Shown here in pieces: positions 21,846-31,266 of a DNA stretch of 64,000 nt. Within the stretch, counting starts at the first letter, position 1. Every line of letters begins with the position of its first letter. Both the position numbers and the translations under genes were made by a program. Source of the stretch: an uncultured archaeon (GTDB lineage: Archaea; Thermoproteota; Nitrososphaeria; Nitrososphaerales; Gagatemarchaeaceae); contig CAWCYD010000003.1 of NCBI GenBank assembly GCA_963799775.1, forward strand, positions 1,440,001-1,504,000, given 5' to 3'. The notes under the pieces are model-generated. The model saw nothing but the letters and a program-made list of their open reading frames with translations. It was not told the origin of the DNA and did no database searches.

Positions 21846-22644
21846 CCTTCATTCCCTCCTTTGATCTTGCGCCGAGCAGCCCCAAGGCCGAGCTCGTCCA
21901 TATCGTGAGCCTTCCCGCGACCCCGCCGGGCGCCAGCGGGAGCACGCTGAGGCTGCCCACGTTGACTACCTCTACGCCGGGGATGGAAGACGCTGCCCTT
22001 CCCACGCCTCTGTCGTTGCTCACGACGATGAGAGGCCCGAGCTTCTTCCTCGTGGTCCTTCCGCGCATCCTCGGCGTGCCGGAGCGCCTCTTGACGCCCC
22101 CGTAGATGCGCTTGAGCTCTTCGGACAGGCCCAGGTCCGTGAGGAAGCCTTCCACCGCGGAAGTCTTCTCCAGCGCCTCGAGTTCGTCTGAGACGACTAT
22201 CGGGAACTTGGCCTTGCCGACCTTGTGCCCTCTCCACGAGACGGCGCTAGAGTCACCTGTGAACGCGATTGCTGTGTTGAGGGCGAGCTTCCTCTCCTTG
22301 ACGTTGATCTTCCTGTAAATCACCTTCTCGGACTTCGGCGGGTGCGGGAGCCTGCCCTTCACTGTGCTCGCGACGCCTCCTCCCTGGCCTGCCCTGATGT
22401 TCCCCGCGCCCTTTACCCTCGGGATCCTCGAGACGCCCCTGCCCGTCGGGGGGTTGCCCGTCTCTGCGCTGGTCCTCTCGCCTGCCATCGGGTCTCGGCC
22501 GTAGGGCTGGAGCCCGTGCGAGTGGATTATCCACCAGGCCCTCTGGACGATGTCTGGCCTGAGCGGCGTCGAGAAGACGCTGGGGAGCTCCACCGAGTCG
22601 CCCGGTTTGCCGTCCATGCCGATTACCTTCACAGAGTCAGCCAA
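21835..22644 (-). CDS. rpl4: 50S ribosomal protein uL4
   Basis: GRGVSRIPR, KINVKE, LAPGGVAGRLTIWT. Confidence 0.96.
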   Translation of the reverse strand: MADSVKVIGMDGKPGDSVELPSVFSTPLRPDIVQRAWWIIHSHGLQPYGRDPMAGERTSAETGNPPTGRGVSRIPRVKGAGNIRAGQGGGVASTVKGRLPHPPKSEKVIYRKINVKERKLALNTAIAFTGDSSAVSWRGHKVGKAKFPIVVSDELEALEKTSAVEGFLTDLGLSEELKRIYGGVKRRSGTPRMRGRTTRKKLGPLIVVSNDRGVGRAASSIPGVEVVNVGSLSVLPLAPGGVAGRLTIWTSSALGLLGARSKEGMKVEA

Positions 22645-22651
22645 GTGGTCT

Positions 22652-23656
22652 CTACTTCCTCGCGACTATCTTCGTGCTGACCTCTAAGACCTGGACCGGC
22701 GCCAAGTTCGCCTTGGGGTGCGGCCTCATCGGCTGCCTCACGACCACGACGCGCCTGTTGGTCCCGGGGACGCTACCGCGCACGAGCGCGTAGTCCGTCT
22801 TCAGGTCGCCAAAGTGCTCGAACCCGCCCTTCGGGGTGATCGGGGCGTCCTTTGCGTTTGATATGGTGAGGATCCTCTTGCCAGACTCGGTCCTCTGGTG
22901 GAAGCCGTGCTGCCCCGCCCTCGCGACCGTGTACATGACCGCCGCCGGGTGCCATGGGCCAATGACTCCCACCGCCCTCACGCTCTTCCTGGACTTGTGC
23001 TGCTTCCTCTTGATCCCCATCCTCGTGACAGGCCCTTCGTAGCCGTGGCCCTTTGTCACGCCGATGACGTCGACGTAGGAGCCTGCCTTGAATACCTCTG
23101 AGAACTTTACCGGCTTGCCCAGCGCCTTGCCTGCGTAGTCAAGCTGCGCTGCGATGTCGCCCCCTCCTACGCCCACCTCGAAGACTATGGGCTCCTTCTG
23201 CGAGAGGCCCGCGTCCCTCGGCGTCATCGAGACGACCGCCGCGATCCGCGTGATGCTCGAGAGCTTGGGCTTCCATGCCTCGATGAACTTCTCCGGCTCG
23301 ACGCCGGACTTCTTCACGACACCCTTTGGCACCGTCTTCGCGTAGACCTCGCCCACCGCCCTCTCTGCGCCGTTCTCCCTCGTGTAGAGCCTGAGTCCGA
23401 CGACCGCGGAGTCGGGGACTGCGAGGACGCTCGTGGGGTTGAACCTGGGCTTGCCGAAGTTCGGGGTCTTCGCCCTGTCGTCCATTGTTATCGTGTGGAT
23501 TGTGCTTACCTTGACGGCGGGCAACCCGAGCAGGTTCGGGGTTGCGCTCCTCATCTTGGGCCAGTTGTGGACCGTCGGGAAGAAGTCTCCGACCCTTCCT
23601 CTAGGGATGTATGCGAGACTTCCTCTGCGCGGTGCTGAGTGTTTCCTATGGCCCAT
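22652..23656 (-). CDS. rpl3: 50S ribosomal protein uL3
   Basis: MGHRKHSAPRRGSL, VTKGHG, ARAGQHGFHQRTE. Confidence 0.97.
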   Translation of the reverse strand: MGHRKHSAPRRGSLAYIPRGRVGDFFPTVHNWPKMRSATPNLLGLPAVKVSTIHTITMDDRAKTPNFGKPRFNPTSVLAVPDSAVVGLRLYTRENGAERAVGEVYAKTVPKGVVKKSGVEPEKFIEAWKPKLSSITRIAAVVSMTPRDAGLSQKEPIVFEVGVGGGDIAAQLDYAGKALGKPVKFSEVFKAGSYVDVIGVTKGHGYEGPVTRMGIKRKQHKSRKSVRAVGVIGPWHPAAVMYTVARAGQHGFHQRTESGKRILTISNAKDAPITPKGGFEHFGDLKTDYALVRGSVPGTNRRVVVVRQPMRPHPKANLAPVQVLEVSTKIVARK

Positions 23657-23730
23657 CCTAAGCTCACTTTGGAGTTTACCCGGATTTTTCTTTAGTCTTT
23701 AAGCTTTCGCGCTTTGGAAACTGCTGCGTT

Positions 23731-24714
23731 TCACTGATGGCCGCGAGCGCTCGAGCCGTGGCCAGAGGCCGCGTGGGTCCGCGCCTTCTCCACCTCGAGC
23801 TCGAACTGGAGGGCAGTCATCAGGACTGATGTGCCCTTCTTCCTGGAGAGGGTCCTGACAAGGTCCCTCTCGGTGATGAGGCCGATGCGGCCTGTGGGGA
23901 CGTCCTCCACCACGAGTCCTCCGACGCCGAAGATCATCATCTTCGACGCGGCGACGCGGATGTCGTCGTCCTGGCTCACAGTGATCACGTCTCTTGTCAT
24001 GAACTCGGCTATCGGGACGTCGAACTTTGTGGGCACGCTCCAGGCGGTGCTCCCCGGCTCGGCGGGCGGTCCCTTCGGTGCGAACTTCGATACGTGCCCC
24101 AGCGCGTCCTTGTTGGACAGGATCCCCTTTGGGAGCGGGTTGACGCCGGTCTGTGACGGCGCGACCACTGGCAGCCGCCTGACCCTGTGCTCAGACATGA
24201 GGCGGACGGCCTCCGAGAGGTAAGCGTCAGGCCCGATCGTCACGACGTTCGTGTTCATTATCTCGGAGACAGGGACGCCAATCTCTTCGGAGCTGGTGCC
24301 CATCAGGCCCACCAGGTCTCTGAGCGTGATTATGCCCCTCACGACCCCCTGCTCGTCGATCACGGGCATTCCGCCGAGGTTGTGGAACGTGATCTTCTTC
24401 GTTATCTCGGCGAGGCCGTCTCCCGGCTCGACGCAGATGCTGTTGAAGACCATAATCCTCTCGACGGGGATCTGGAGGGACTCGATGACCTCAGCTGTCG
24501 TGACCTCTGGCCTGGAGAAGACGAGGTTGAGCGAGTCGATGATGTCCTGGGCGGAGATCATCCCCATGATCTTCCCCTTGTCGTCGACGACGGGGAGGTG
24601 CCTGAAGTTCCTCCTGTGCATTATCATCGACGCGGTCAGGACGCTCTGCCTCGGGGTGACCTTGATCGTCTGGCGGGTGAATAGCCACCAGAGGTCTTCC
24701 GTCTTGCTCGGCAT
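23731..24714 (-). CDS. Four-CBS-domain protein
   Basis: FRHLPVVD, GGMPVID, VRRLPVV, GLITERD repeats. Confidence 0.9.
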   Translation of the reverse strand: MPSKTEDLWWLFTRQTIKVTPRQSVLTASMIMHRRNFRHLPVVDDKGKIMGMISAQDIIDSLNLVFSRPEVTTAEVIESLQIPVERIMVFNSICVEPGDGLAEITKKITFHNLGGMPVIDEQGVVRGIITLRDLVGLMGTSSEEIGVPVSEIMNTNVVTIGPDAYLSEAVRLMSEHRVRRLPVVAPSQTGVNPLPKGILSNKDALGHVSKFAPKGPPAEPGSTAWSVPTKFDVPIAEFMTRDVITVSQDDDIRVAASKMMIFGVGGLVVEDVPTGRIGLITERDLVRTLSRKKGTSVLMTALQFELEVEKARTHAASGHGSSARGHQ

Positions 24715-24755
24715 TGTCTCGTCCTCTATCTCTCTTGTATGCGCTGCATCCGCTG

Positions 24756-26921
24756 CTATTCTTCGACCGGGACTTCTTGGGGCGGGAGCGGGGTGGCGAC
24801 CTTCGCCTCGCCGGCGCGGAGTACCGTGAACTTGGAACTGAGGACTGTCTCGAGGAGGGAGTTGGGCAGGTTGAAGGCCCCGAAGAAGGCATCCAGCCTC
24901 CCCTTTAGGACCGCGAGGTCGGAGTCGTTCAGCTGCCTGTACTCGGAGATCAGGGGCTTTGTGTACTTGCTCGTGAAGAAGAGGAAGCGGACCCTCGCAA
25001 GGACGCTCGGAGGGAGCAGCGCCGCGAGATGCTTCTCGCTCGGGTAGTCGAGCTTCGAGATGCTCGCGAGGACCTCCTCGGAGATCTGGCCGTCGCGGGC
25101 CAGCGACCTGAGGAAGGCCATGATGTCCTCGGAGTGCGGTGGGAGGCCCATCTGTGTCGCGTGGACCTCTCCCCTGACGTAGATGGTCCCGCCGACGAGG
25201 CCCGTCGCGACGAACTTGCCCACCGGGTTATCGGAGTCCGCGAGGTTGAGTATCGCTATCACGCCGCCAGCCATGTACTCGCCGAGGTAGTCGTCTGCAG
25301 TCTCTCCGACGATTAGGGAGGGCTTCGCCTGCTTGTACTCGCGCATCTGGATCCCGGCCCTGTTCCCGATCGAGCCGCGGATCATCACGTGCCCGCCCTG
25401 AAGCGTCTGGCATGCCACGTCCCTGGCGCTCCCGTGCACGACCACCGACCCGGCGTGCATGGTGTCGGCCAGGTCGTCGGCGACGTTCCCGTGGATCTCG
25501 TAGGAGACCCCGTCGTTGAGGTTTGCGAGGCAGTTGCCCGGGTAGCCGTTGATCTCGACCTTGAAGTGGGAGCGCGTGCCGTCGGGCTGCTTCGTTGAGA
25601 GTCCTATCCCGATGTATCTCTGCCCTCCCAGGTTGTCCAGCCTCACGAGCGTCTTGCCGGTGCGGTAGGAGCGCTTCAGGAACTCGTTGATGTCGGAGAA
25701 GCCGACCCCCTTTGCGTCCAGGACAGCCTGGGCCTCAACGGGCGAGGGTGCGTGAGAGGCGTGGGTGGCGGCAGCCGAGGTGGAGACGGATGAGGAATAG
25801 ATCTTCTTCTTGGTCCCTGTCTCCAGGAGCCCCTCGTTGACGGAGGCCAGGAAGAATGACCCTGGCTCGGGCGCCCAGACGACGGCGTCCTTCGACAGGT
25901 TCCTGATCTGGACCTCCTCGCTGGCGACGTAGAAGCGCTCGTCGTCCTCGCCTATGAGCAGAGGACGGAACTTGGACCTGTCGGTCAGCGCGAGGATGTA
26001 GGTGTCCTTCCCGTCGGAGAAGCCAGCGACGACGGCGAACGGGCCGTCGAGCCTCGCGCCCCGGTATCTGGTGAGCAGCCTGCGCACCTCTGGGAGGAGG
26101 CGGGCGTCGAACGGGTTGGTCATCAGCGTGGCGGCCTGGTGTATCGAGAGGCCCTCCACGCGGACCAGGTGGTCGAGGAGGCGGGCGATCACCTCGCTGT
26201 CGGTCCCCACATGGCTGCGGAGGCCCCACGAGTTGAGCTGCTCCAGGTTGGCACCGAAAGAGCTGATGTCCCCGTTGTGGGCGATCGCGCAGTCCATCGA
26301 GGCGAATGGGTGAGACCAGATCGGGTAGCGGCCGGGGGAGTTGGTCGGTTGTCTCGTGTGAGCGATCCACGCGTCTGCCCTCATCGCCTCGACGTCGAGG
26401 CTGTATTCCTTGGCAACGTCCATCGGGTATCCGACGTCCTTGAAGACGTCGAGGTAACTCCCGTAGGAGAAGATCCTCCCGTCGATCTTTCCGCTCGAGA
26501 GGAGCACGCCGTTTATCCCGTCGATCGTCCTCTCAAGGTTGCGCCTGTCCGACGTGTCCACGTTCGCCTCCCAGACCCCGAACCTCGGCTTGTTGTCCAG
26601 CCTGGGAGGCTCGAGCACCTGGACGTCCCTCGGGGAGCTGATCGACGCCGTCAGCCTGTCCGTGAGGTCGTCGGCGACCTCCTTGTTCCTGACGAAGGCC
26701 TTCAGCCTGTGCGTGTTGGGGTCTGCTGTTAGCGAGGAATCGAAGAGGGCGAACCCTGCGCCGAGGTCGCTGCCCCTGTAGCTGATGCAGCTGATCCCTG
26801 CCAGCGTCGTCAGGTTCGAGACCTTGGGTGCGTCCTTCTTCCGGATGACCCCGAAGATCCCGCAGCCGTCCTTGTAGACCGGTTGCCCGTATCTCGTGTC
26901 GTAGGTCGGGTATTCGCTCAT
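24756..26921 (-). CDS. gltB: Glutamate synthase amidotransferase (Ntn) domain fused to the GXGXG C-terminal domain
   Basis: DG/CGIFG N-terminal nucleophile, AHTRQPTNS, HNGDI, TDSE, DGPF; GQRYIG, YLGEYMAGG. Confidence 0.88.
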   Translation of the reverse strand: MSEYPTYDTRYGQPVYKDGCGIFGVIRKKDAPKVSNLTTLAGISCISYRGSDLGAGFALFDSSLTADPNTHRLKAFVRNKEVADDLTDRLTASISSPRDVQVLEPPRLDNKPRFGVWEANVDTSDRRNLERTIDGINGVLLSSGKIDGRIFSYGSYLDVFKDVGYPMDVAKEYSLDVEAMRADAWIAHTRQPTNSPGRYPIWSHPFASMDCAIAHNGDISSFGANLEQLNSWGLRSHVGTDSEVIARLLDHLVRVEGLSIHQAATLMTNPFDARLLPEVRRLLTRYRGARLDGPFAVVAGFSDGKDTYILALTDRSKFRPLLIGEDDERFYVASEEVQIRNLSKDAVVWAPEPGSFFLASVNEGLLETGTKKKIYSSSVSTSAAATHASHAPSPVEAQAVLDAKGVGFSDINEFLKRSYRTGKTLVRLDNLGGQRYIGIGLSTKQPDGTRSHFKVEINGYPGNCLANLNDGVSYEIHGNVADDLADTMHAGSVVVHGSARDVACQTLQGGHVMIRGSIGNRAGIQMREYKQAKPSLIVGETADDYLGEYMAGGVIAILNLADSDNPVGKFVATGLVGGTIYVRGEVHATQMGLPPHSEDIMAFLRSLARDGQISEEVLASISKLDYPSEKHLAALLPPSVLARVRFLFFTSKYTKPLISEYRQLNDSDLAVLKGRLDAFFGAFNLPNSLLETVLSSKFTVLRAGEAKVATPLPPQEVPVEE

Positions 26922-26931
26922 CTTGTTGATC

Positions 26932-29219
26932 TCACGCTGCTCCGGCTGGCTTGATCCCCAGCTCCTTCCTGATCGAGGGGTCCAGCCCGACCGTCCTGAG
27001 GATCTCCCTGTTGCCCACGAGCGACGAGGCGACGCTGCTCATGCCTGCAGCGCCCGCGAGCAGCTTGATGTCGCGCTCGAAGGCTATCACCAGGTTCTCG
27101 AGGTGCTCTGTGAGCTTCTGGATCTCGACGACGACCTCCTTGTCCTCCTCGAAACCGACGGCGACGAGCGCTGCCGTCCCCAGGCCGACGCAATCGGCTC
27201 CCATCGCGATCAGCTTGAATATGTCCTCGGACCCGCGGACCATGTTCCCCTCTGCGAGGATGTCGAACTTCCACCTCGAGTCTGTCTCGATGAGGAGGCG
27301 GTCGAGCCTCGAGACGGATAGCTCGAGCTGGAGGTCGCTGTCCTCTTCGTCCTCGTCGACGATGAACCCCTGGAACCCGCTGAGGTTGACCAGGTTGGAG
27401 CGGACCCATTCCAGCGCCTTGGTGGAGGAGGCGATCCTCACGTAGACCGCGTCGGTGCGCCCAGCGGTCCCGTTGGAGGGCCTGGCGGAGTTCTTCATGT
27501 GCACGGAGCGGACCTTGTGGTGGGGCCCGTCCGTCGGGGAGATCGTCCTGTCGGCGTGCTTGCTCCCGACCAGCCTCTCGGTCATGTCGTCGTAGAGAAG
27601 GCCCATCGACTCTGCGGTGCGTGCGAAGGCCCCCTGACGTCGTCGGGACCCCCTCGGGCAGGTGGGTGAAGAAGAACGGGGCGGCCAGCCTGACACGGCC
27701 CTGGGCCAAGTATGAGACTATCTCGATCTCTTCCCTGTATGGGTCGATGCTGGGTCTCGTGACCTGGGCGCCGTCTGTTATCACCCAGTCTGTGAGGCGG
27801 ACGGGCACGTCGATGAAGGGAGGGCCAGATTGAGCCCATGCTCGAGATCTGCGCCTCGCCGGGCGACTTGCCCGTCGTGCCTGCCAGCTCCCAGAGGGCG
27901 GTGGACCTGGCCGCGTCCCAGAGATTCGACTCCCTTGGGGGCGTCCTCGGTGCGTGCGCGCTCGGGTGGGTCGAGACGACGCCGGCGCCCTCCATGTTCT
28001 CGACCCCGAGGATCTCGAGCGTCTCCGGATTGAGCGTCCCCTTGTGGTAGAGGAGCTCCCTGTGGGACCGGAGCTCGTCGAGCCTCGAGACGCCCATGAG
28101 CTCCATGATCAGCTTCATCTCCTCGGTCCAGCCCTTCACCATGTTGGAGAGCCAGGTGACCGACTGGTCGAAGGAGAGCGTCCTCGCCGGCGTGTCGGCG
28201 ATCTTGTTCGTGAGTATCGCGGGGCAGAACCCGAGGTGGCACTTGTGCACCATCAGGCAGCCGAGGGCGAGGAGAGCGCCCGTGCCGACGCTCGTGATGT
28301 CGGCTCCGAGCGCGATGAGCTTCAGCGAGTCCTCGGGGGTGCTCACCCTCCCTGCAGAGATTATCGTGAACCCGTCGCGGAGGCCCTCGCGCCTCAGCAT
28401 CGTGTCGACGGAGGCAGTGGCGAGCTCGATCGGGACGCCGACGTTGTTCTTGACGACCGACGGGGCCGCCCCTGTCCCGGCGCCCGCGCCGTCGATGATT
28501 ATGCCGGCCGCGCCCATCCTCGCCACCCCCGATGCGATGTAGGGGATGTAGTTGGTCGCGCCCACCTTTACGAAGACCGGCCTCTTGGTGGCCTCCTTGA
28601 GGCCGAGGATCCTCTGGCCGAGGTCCTCTATCGAGTAGATATCGTGATGGGGCGCGGGAGAGATCGCGTCCGTCCCCAGCGGGATCCTCCTCGTCTCGGA
28701 GATCGGGGTCGTCACCTTCACTCCCGGGAGGTGGCCGCCTATACCCGGCTTTGCGCCCTGTCCTATCTTGATCACTACCGCCTGGCCCTTTGAGAGCGAG
28801 TTCATGTCGACGCCGAACCTCGCGGAGGCCCACTGGACGGTTATCCTGCTGCACTCGGCGACCTCCTTCAGGAGGCCTCCCTCGCCCGTGCCCGCCATTA
28901 TCCCCGTGAGGTCCGCCGCCTTTGCGATCGAGGCGTTGGGGACGCCCGAGAGGGCGCCGAAGGACATGTCTCCCAGATACATCGGGGAGGAGAGCTTCAA
29001 CGGGTAACCGGCCGCGAACGGGATGGAGGTGTCGGCCGCGCCGACCTTGCCTCTGGAAGTGTTACGCTTCAGGAAGATCTGGTCGAGGGCGCGCCCCGTC
29101 CGCTCGCTCTCTGGGAGCCAGAGCTCGTCGGTGGCGTGCCCGGTCTCCGCCAGCTGCCTGATGTGGAGTATCTTCCACCTCGTCCAGAACTCTCTGGACT
29201 TTGAGGCCGGAAGGGGCAT
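26932..29219 (-). CDS. gltB: Glutamate synthase FMN/[3Fe-4S] subunit with a degenerate second FMN-barrel copy; frameshifts near 27827 and 27630-27650; start may lie up to about 29276
   Basis: MSFGALS, TGEGG, QWASARFGV, KIGQGAKPGIGGHLPG.KV, ISPAPHHDIYSIEDL, C-x5-C-x4-C; second RPSIDPYRE / KLIAMGAD region. Confidence 0.88.
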
Positions 29220-29332
29220 GTAGCTCTTGAGTTCGATTGTCTTTCTTTGCGCGAGGCTAGAGATTGCTCCTACCACCTGATACCTATAAAATGGAACGAG
29301 TGCGTAAATCTGAATAAAAACATTGCCTAGAC

Positions 29333-29358
29333 TGCGGAAAAAACGCCCGTTTTCCGCA
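29333..29358. promoter_or_regulatory. Inverted repeat upstream of the glutamate synthase promoter (operator or terminator)
   Basis: TGCGGAAAA-N8-TTTTCCGCA, perfect 9-bp arms. Confidence 0.45.
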
Positions 29359-29382
29359 AATCTTGTGGTGCCTGGTTTTGGG

Positions 29383-30226
29383 TCACGAGAAGGGCGGCAT
29401 CTCGGGGGAGGAGAAGAGTTCCACCAGGTAGAGCGTCGAGAAGAGCGCCTCCTCGGTGCGGACAGAGACGACGCGCTGCCCGGAGTAGAGGTTGACGACG
29501 TAGCTCGACCTGTCACGCAAGTCCTTCCCGAGCAGCTCGAAGAGGCCTCGGGATGGCGAGCCGAAGAGCAGCATGGCCCCCTGCGCGTTGTGGAGGTCGA
29601 TCCTCATCCGCTTGGCGACCTGGCCCAGCGGGTCTCCCTTGCGGGACGTCGCTATCTTGAGCGGGAACCTGTTCTCCTGGAGCGGGCTGCCCGGGGAGGA
29701 TTCGACAGTGTATCCCCAGTACTCGGGGACCTCGTGACGGCTGACGGGGGCCGCCTCGACCCTGGACTGGCTGGCCGACAGGATCCTGACGGTGATGCGC
29801 CTGTTCGGCGGCTCCTTCCTCCTGAGGAAGGCCGGGATCTCGAGCCCGATGTCCACCGTCTGTCCGTCGGCGAGGACGACACCCTCCCTGAACTCGCCGG
29901 GTCGGAGCTTCTCCGCGGGGATCTTGGGCTTGTGGGAAGGGATGCGGAGCGGAGGAAGGAGGCCTGCGAACCTGAGGTCTTCGCTCAGCGGGAAGAGCCG
30001 CCTCCTGAGGTACTGGGGGGTCTCCAGGTACTCGATGGACCTTCTTGATGAAGGCAGACTCCCCCCTTCCTCGTGGGTCGCGGAAGACCCTGACCTCGTC
30101 GACGCCGAAGATGGAGCAGTATCTGGCGATCTGCCCGAGCTTCGATGTCTTGTCGCGGATGGAGTCGTGCTCCTCGAGCACCGTGTCCGGGAAGGCCACG
30201 CAGATCCTCTTCCCGGCGAGCGTCAT
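29383..30226 (-). CDS. SPOUT-family RNA methyltransferase (DUF171/SPOUT1); frameshift at 30036
   Basis: KLGQIAR..SIFGV, LEYLETPQYLRRRLFP, GLLPPL, TSRKG, FGSPSRGL, VRTEEAL. Confidence 0.9.
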
Positions 30227-30283
30227 AGGTGATGGGCTGCTAGGGCTATCTTTTATGTGGTTGATGCGCCTAGCGCTTTGGCT

Positions 30284-30736
30284 ATGGGAGCCCCCGCGTC
30301 GTCCCCAGAGGACCAGAAGGCCAAGATAGAGTACGAGCTGCGCGGGAAGACGCTCAAGGTCTACCTCTACGTCCTGAAGTTGGGCAAGCCTGTGGGGGTG
30401 AGGGAGGTGCAGAGGGAGCTCGGGTTCTCCAGCCCTAGCGTCGCGTTCCACCACATCGAGAAGCTCACGAGGCTCGGGATAGTCGAGCAGGACGGCCTGG
30501 GTAACTACGTCCTGTCCAAGAAGGTCGACCCGGGGATCCTCCAGGCCTTCGTCAACGTCGGGAAGTTCAACCTCCCCAGGCTCGGGTTCTACGCCGTCTT
30601 CTTCACCAGTGTGGCGGTTGCCTACGTAGTCGAGGACTACAACTATCTGGACCTCTACGCTCTGGTCGGGACGGTGGGGGCGGCAGCAGCGTTCTGGTTC
30701 GAGGCCGTCAGGATATGGAGGAGGAAACCGTTCTAG
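30284..30736 (+). CDS. Winged-HTH regulator with two C-terminal TM helices
   Basis: LRGKTLKVYLYVL..PVGVREVQRELGFSSPSVAFHHIEKL; LPRLGFYAVFF. Confidence 0.8.
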   Translation: MGAPASSPEDQKAKIEYELRGKTLKVYLYVLKLGKPVGVREVQRELGFSSPSVAFHHIEKLTRLGIVEQDGLGNYVLSKKVDPGILQAFVNVGKFNLPRLGFYAVFFTSVAVAYVVEDYNYLDLYALVGTVGAAAAFWFEAVRIWRRKPF

Positions 30737-30777
30737 ATGTTGGGATTAAGTATCTCCGGGAGTGTGAGACCAGTCAG

Positions 30778-31266
30778 ATGACGCGCGGGATGGGCGGAAA
30801 GGGGTTTTTCGCGGGCGCCATTGGTGGGCTGGCCCTGGCGGTTCTCCTGGTGGGAGCCGTCACCCTGCTCCCCCAGACGAGCATCGCCTCGCGTGCTCCA
30901 GTGGCCAACTCGTTCGCGACGTCGACCACGTCCTCATGCTCTTCGTGCCTTGCGGAAGGAAATCCGTCGCAGACGAGCTCGCTATCCAGCGCGGCCCTCC
31001 CCTCCATCGCGTCGCAGGCTGCCCCGGGAGGCGCGGCCGCCATCTACGCCTCTTCGACGGCAAGCCAGACATCGAGCTCGATCACACCCGGCACGACGAC
31101 CACCAGTTCGCTTCAGGCGCAGCAGAGGCCAGCGTCTTTGCTTGGGGCGCTTCCTGGAGAGGGGGTCACCAACCTGATTGGGACCATCTCGCCGCTAATC
31201 GTCGGGTTGCTGGTCGCTGCGCTGGTCTATGCGGCCTACGTCAGGCGCCAGGACTGGTCATCCTAG
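30778..31266 (+). CDS. Two-TM protein with an S/T-rich loop containing CxxC
   Basis: Terminal hydrophobic helices; CSSC in the loop. Confidence 0.6.
   Translation: MTRGMGGKGFFAGAIGGLALAVLLVGAVTLLPQTSIASRAPVANSFATSTTSSCSSCLAEGNPSQTSSLSSAALPSIASQAAPGGAAAIYASSTASQTSSSITPGTTTTSSLQAQQRPASLLGALPGEGVTNLIGTISPLIVGLLVAALVYAAYVRRQDWSS

Noticed and set aside
29333-29358. NrpR operator upstream of glutamate synthase
   Set aside because: The GGAA-TTCC spacing is 12 nt, not the 6 nt of NrpR sites; kept only as a generic palindrome
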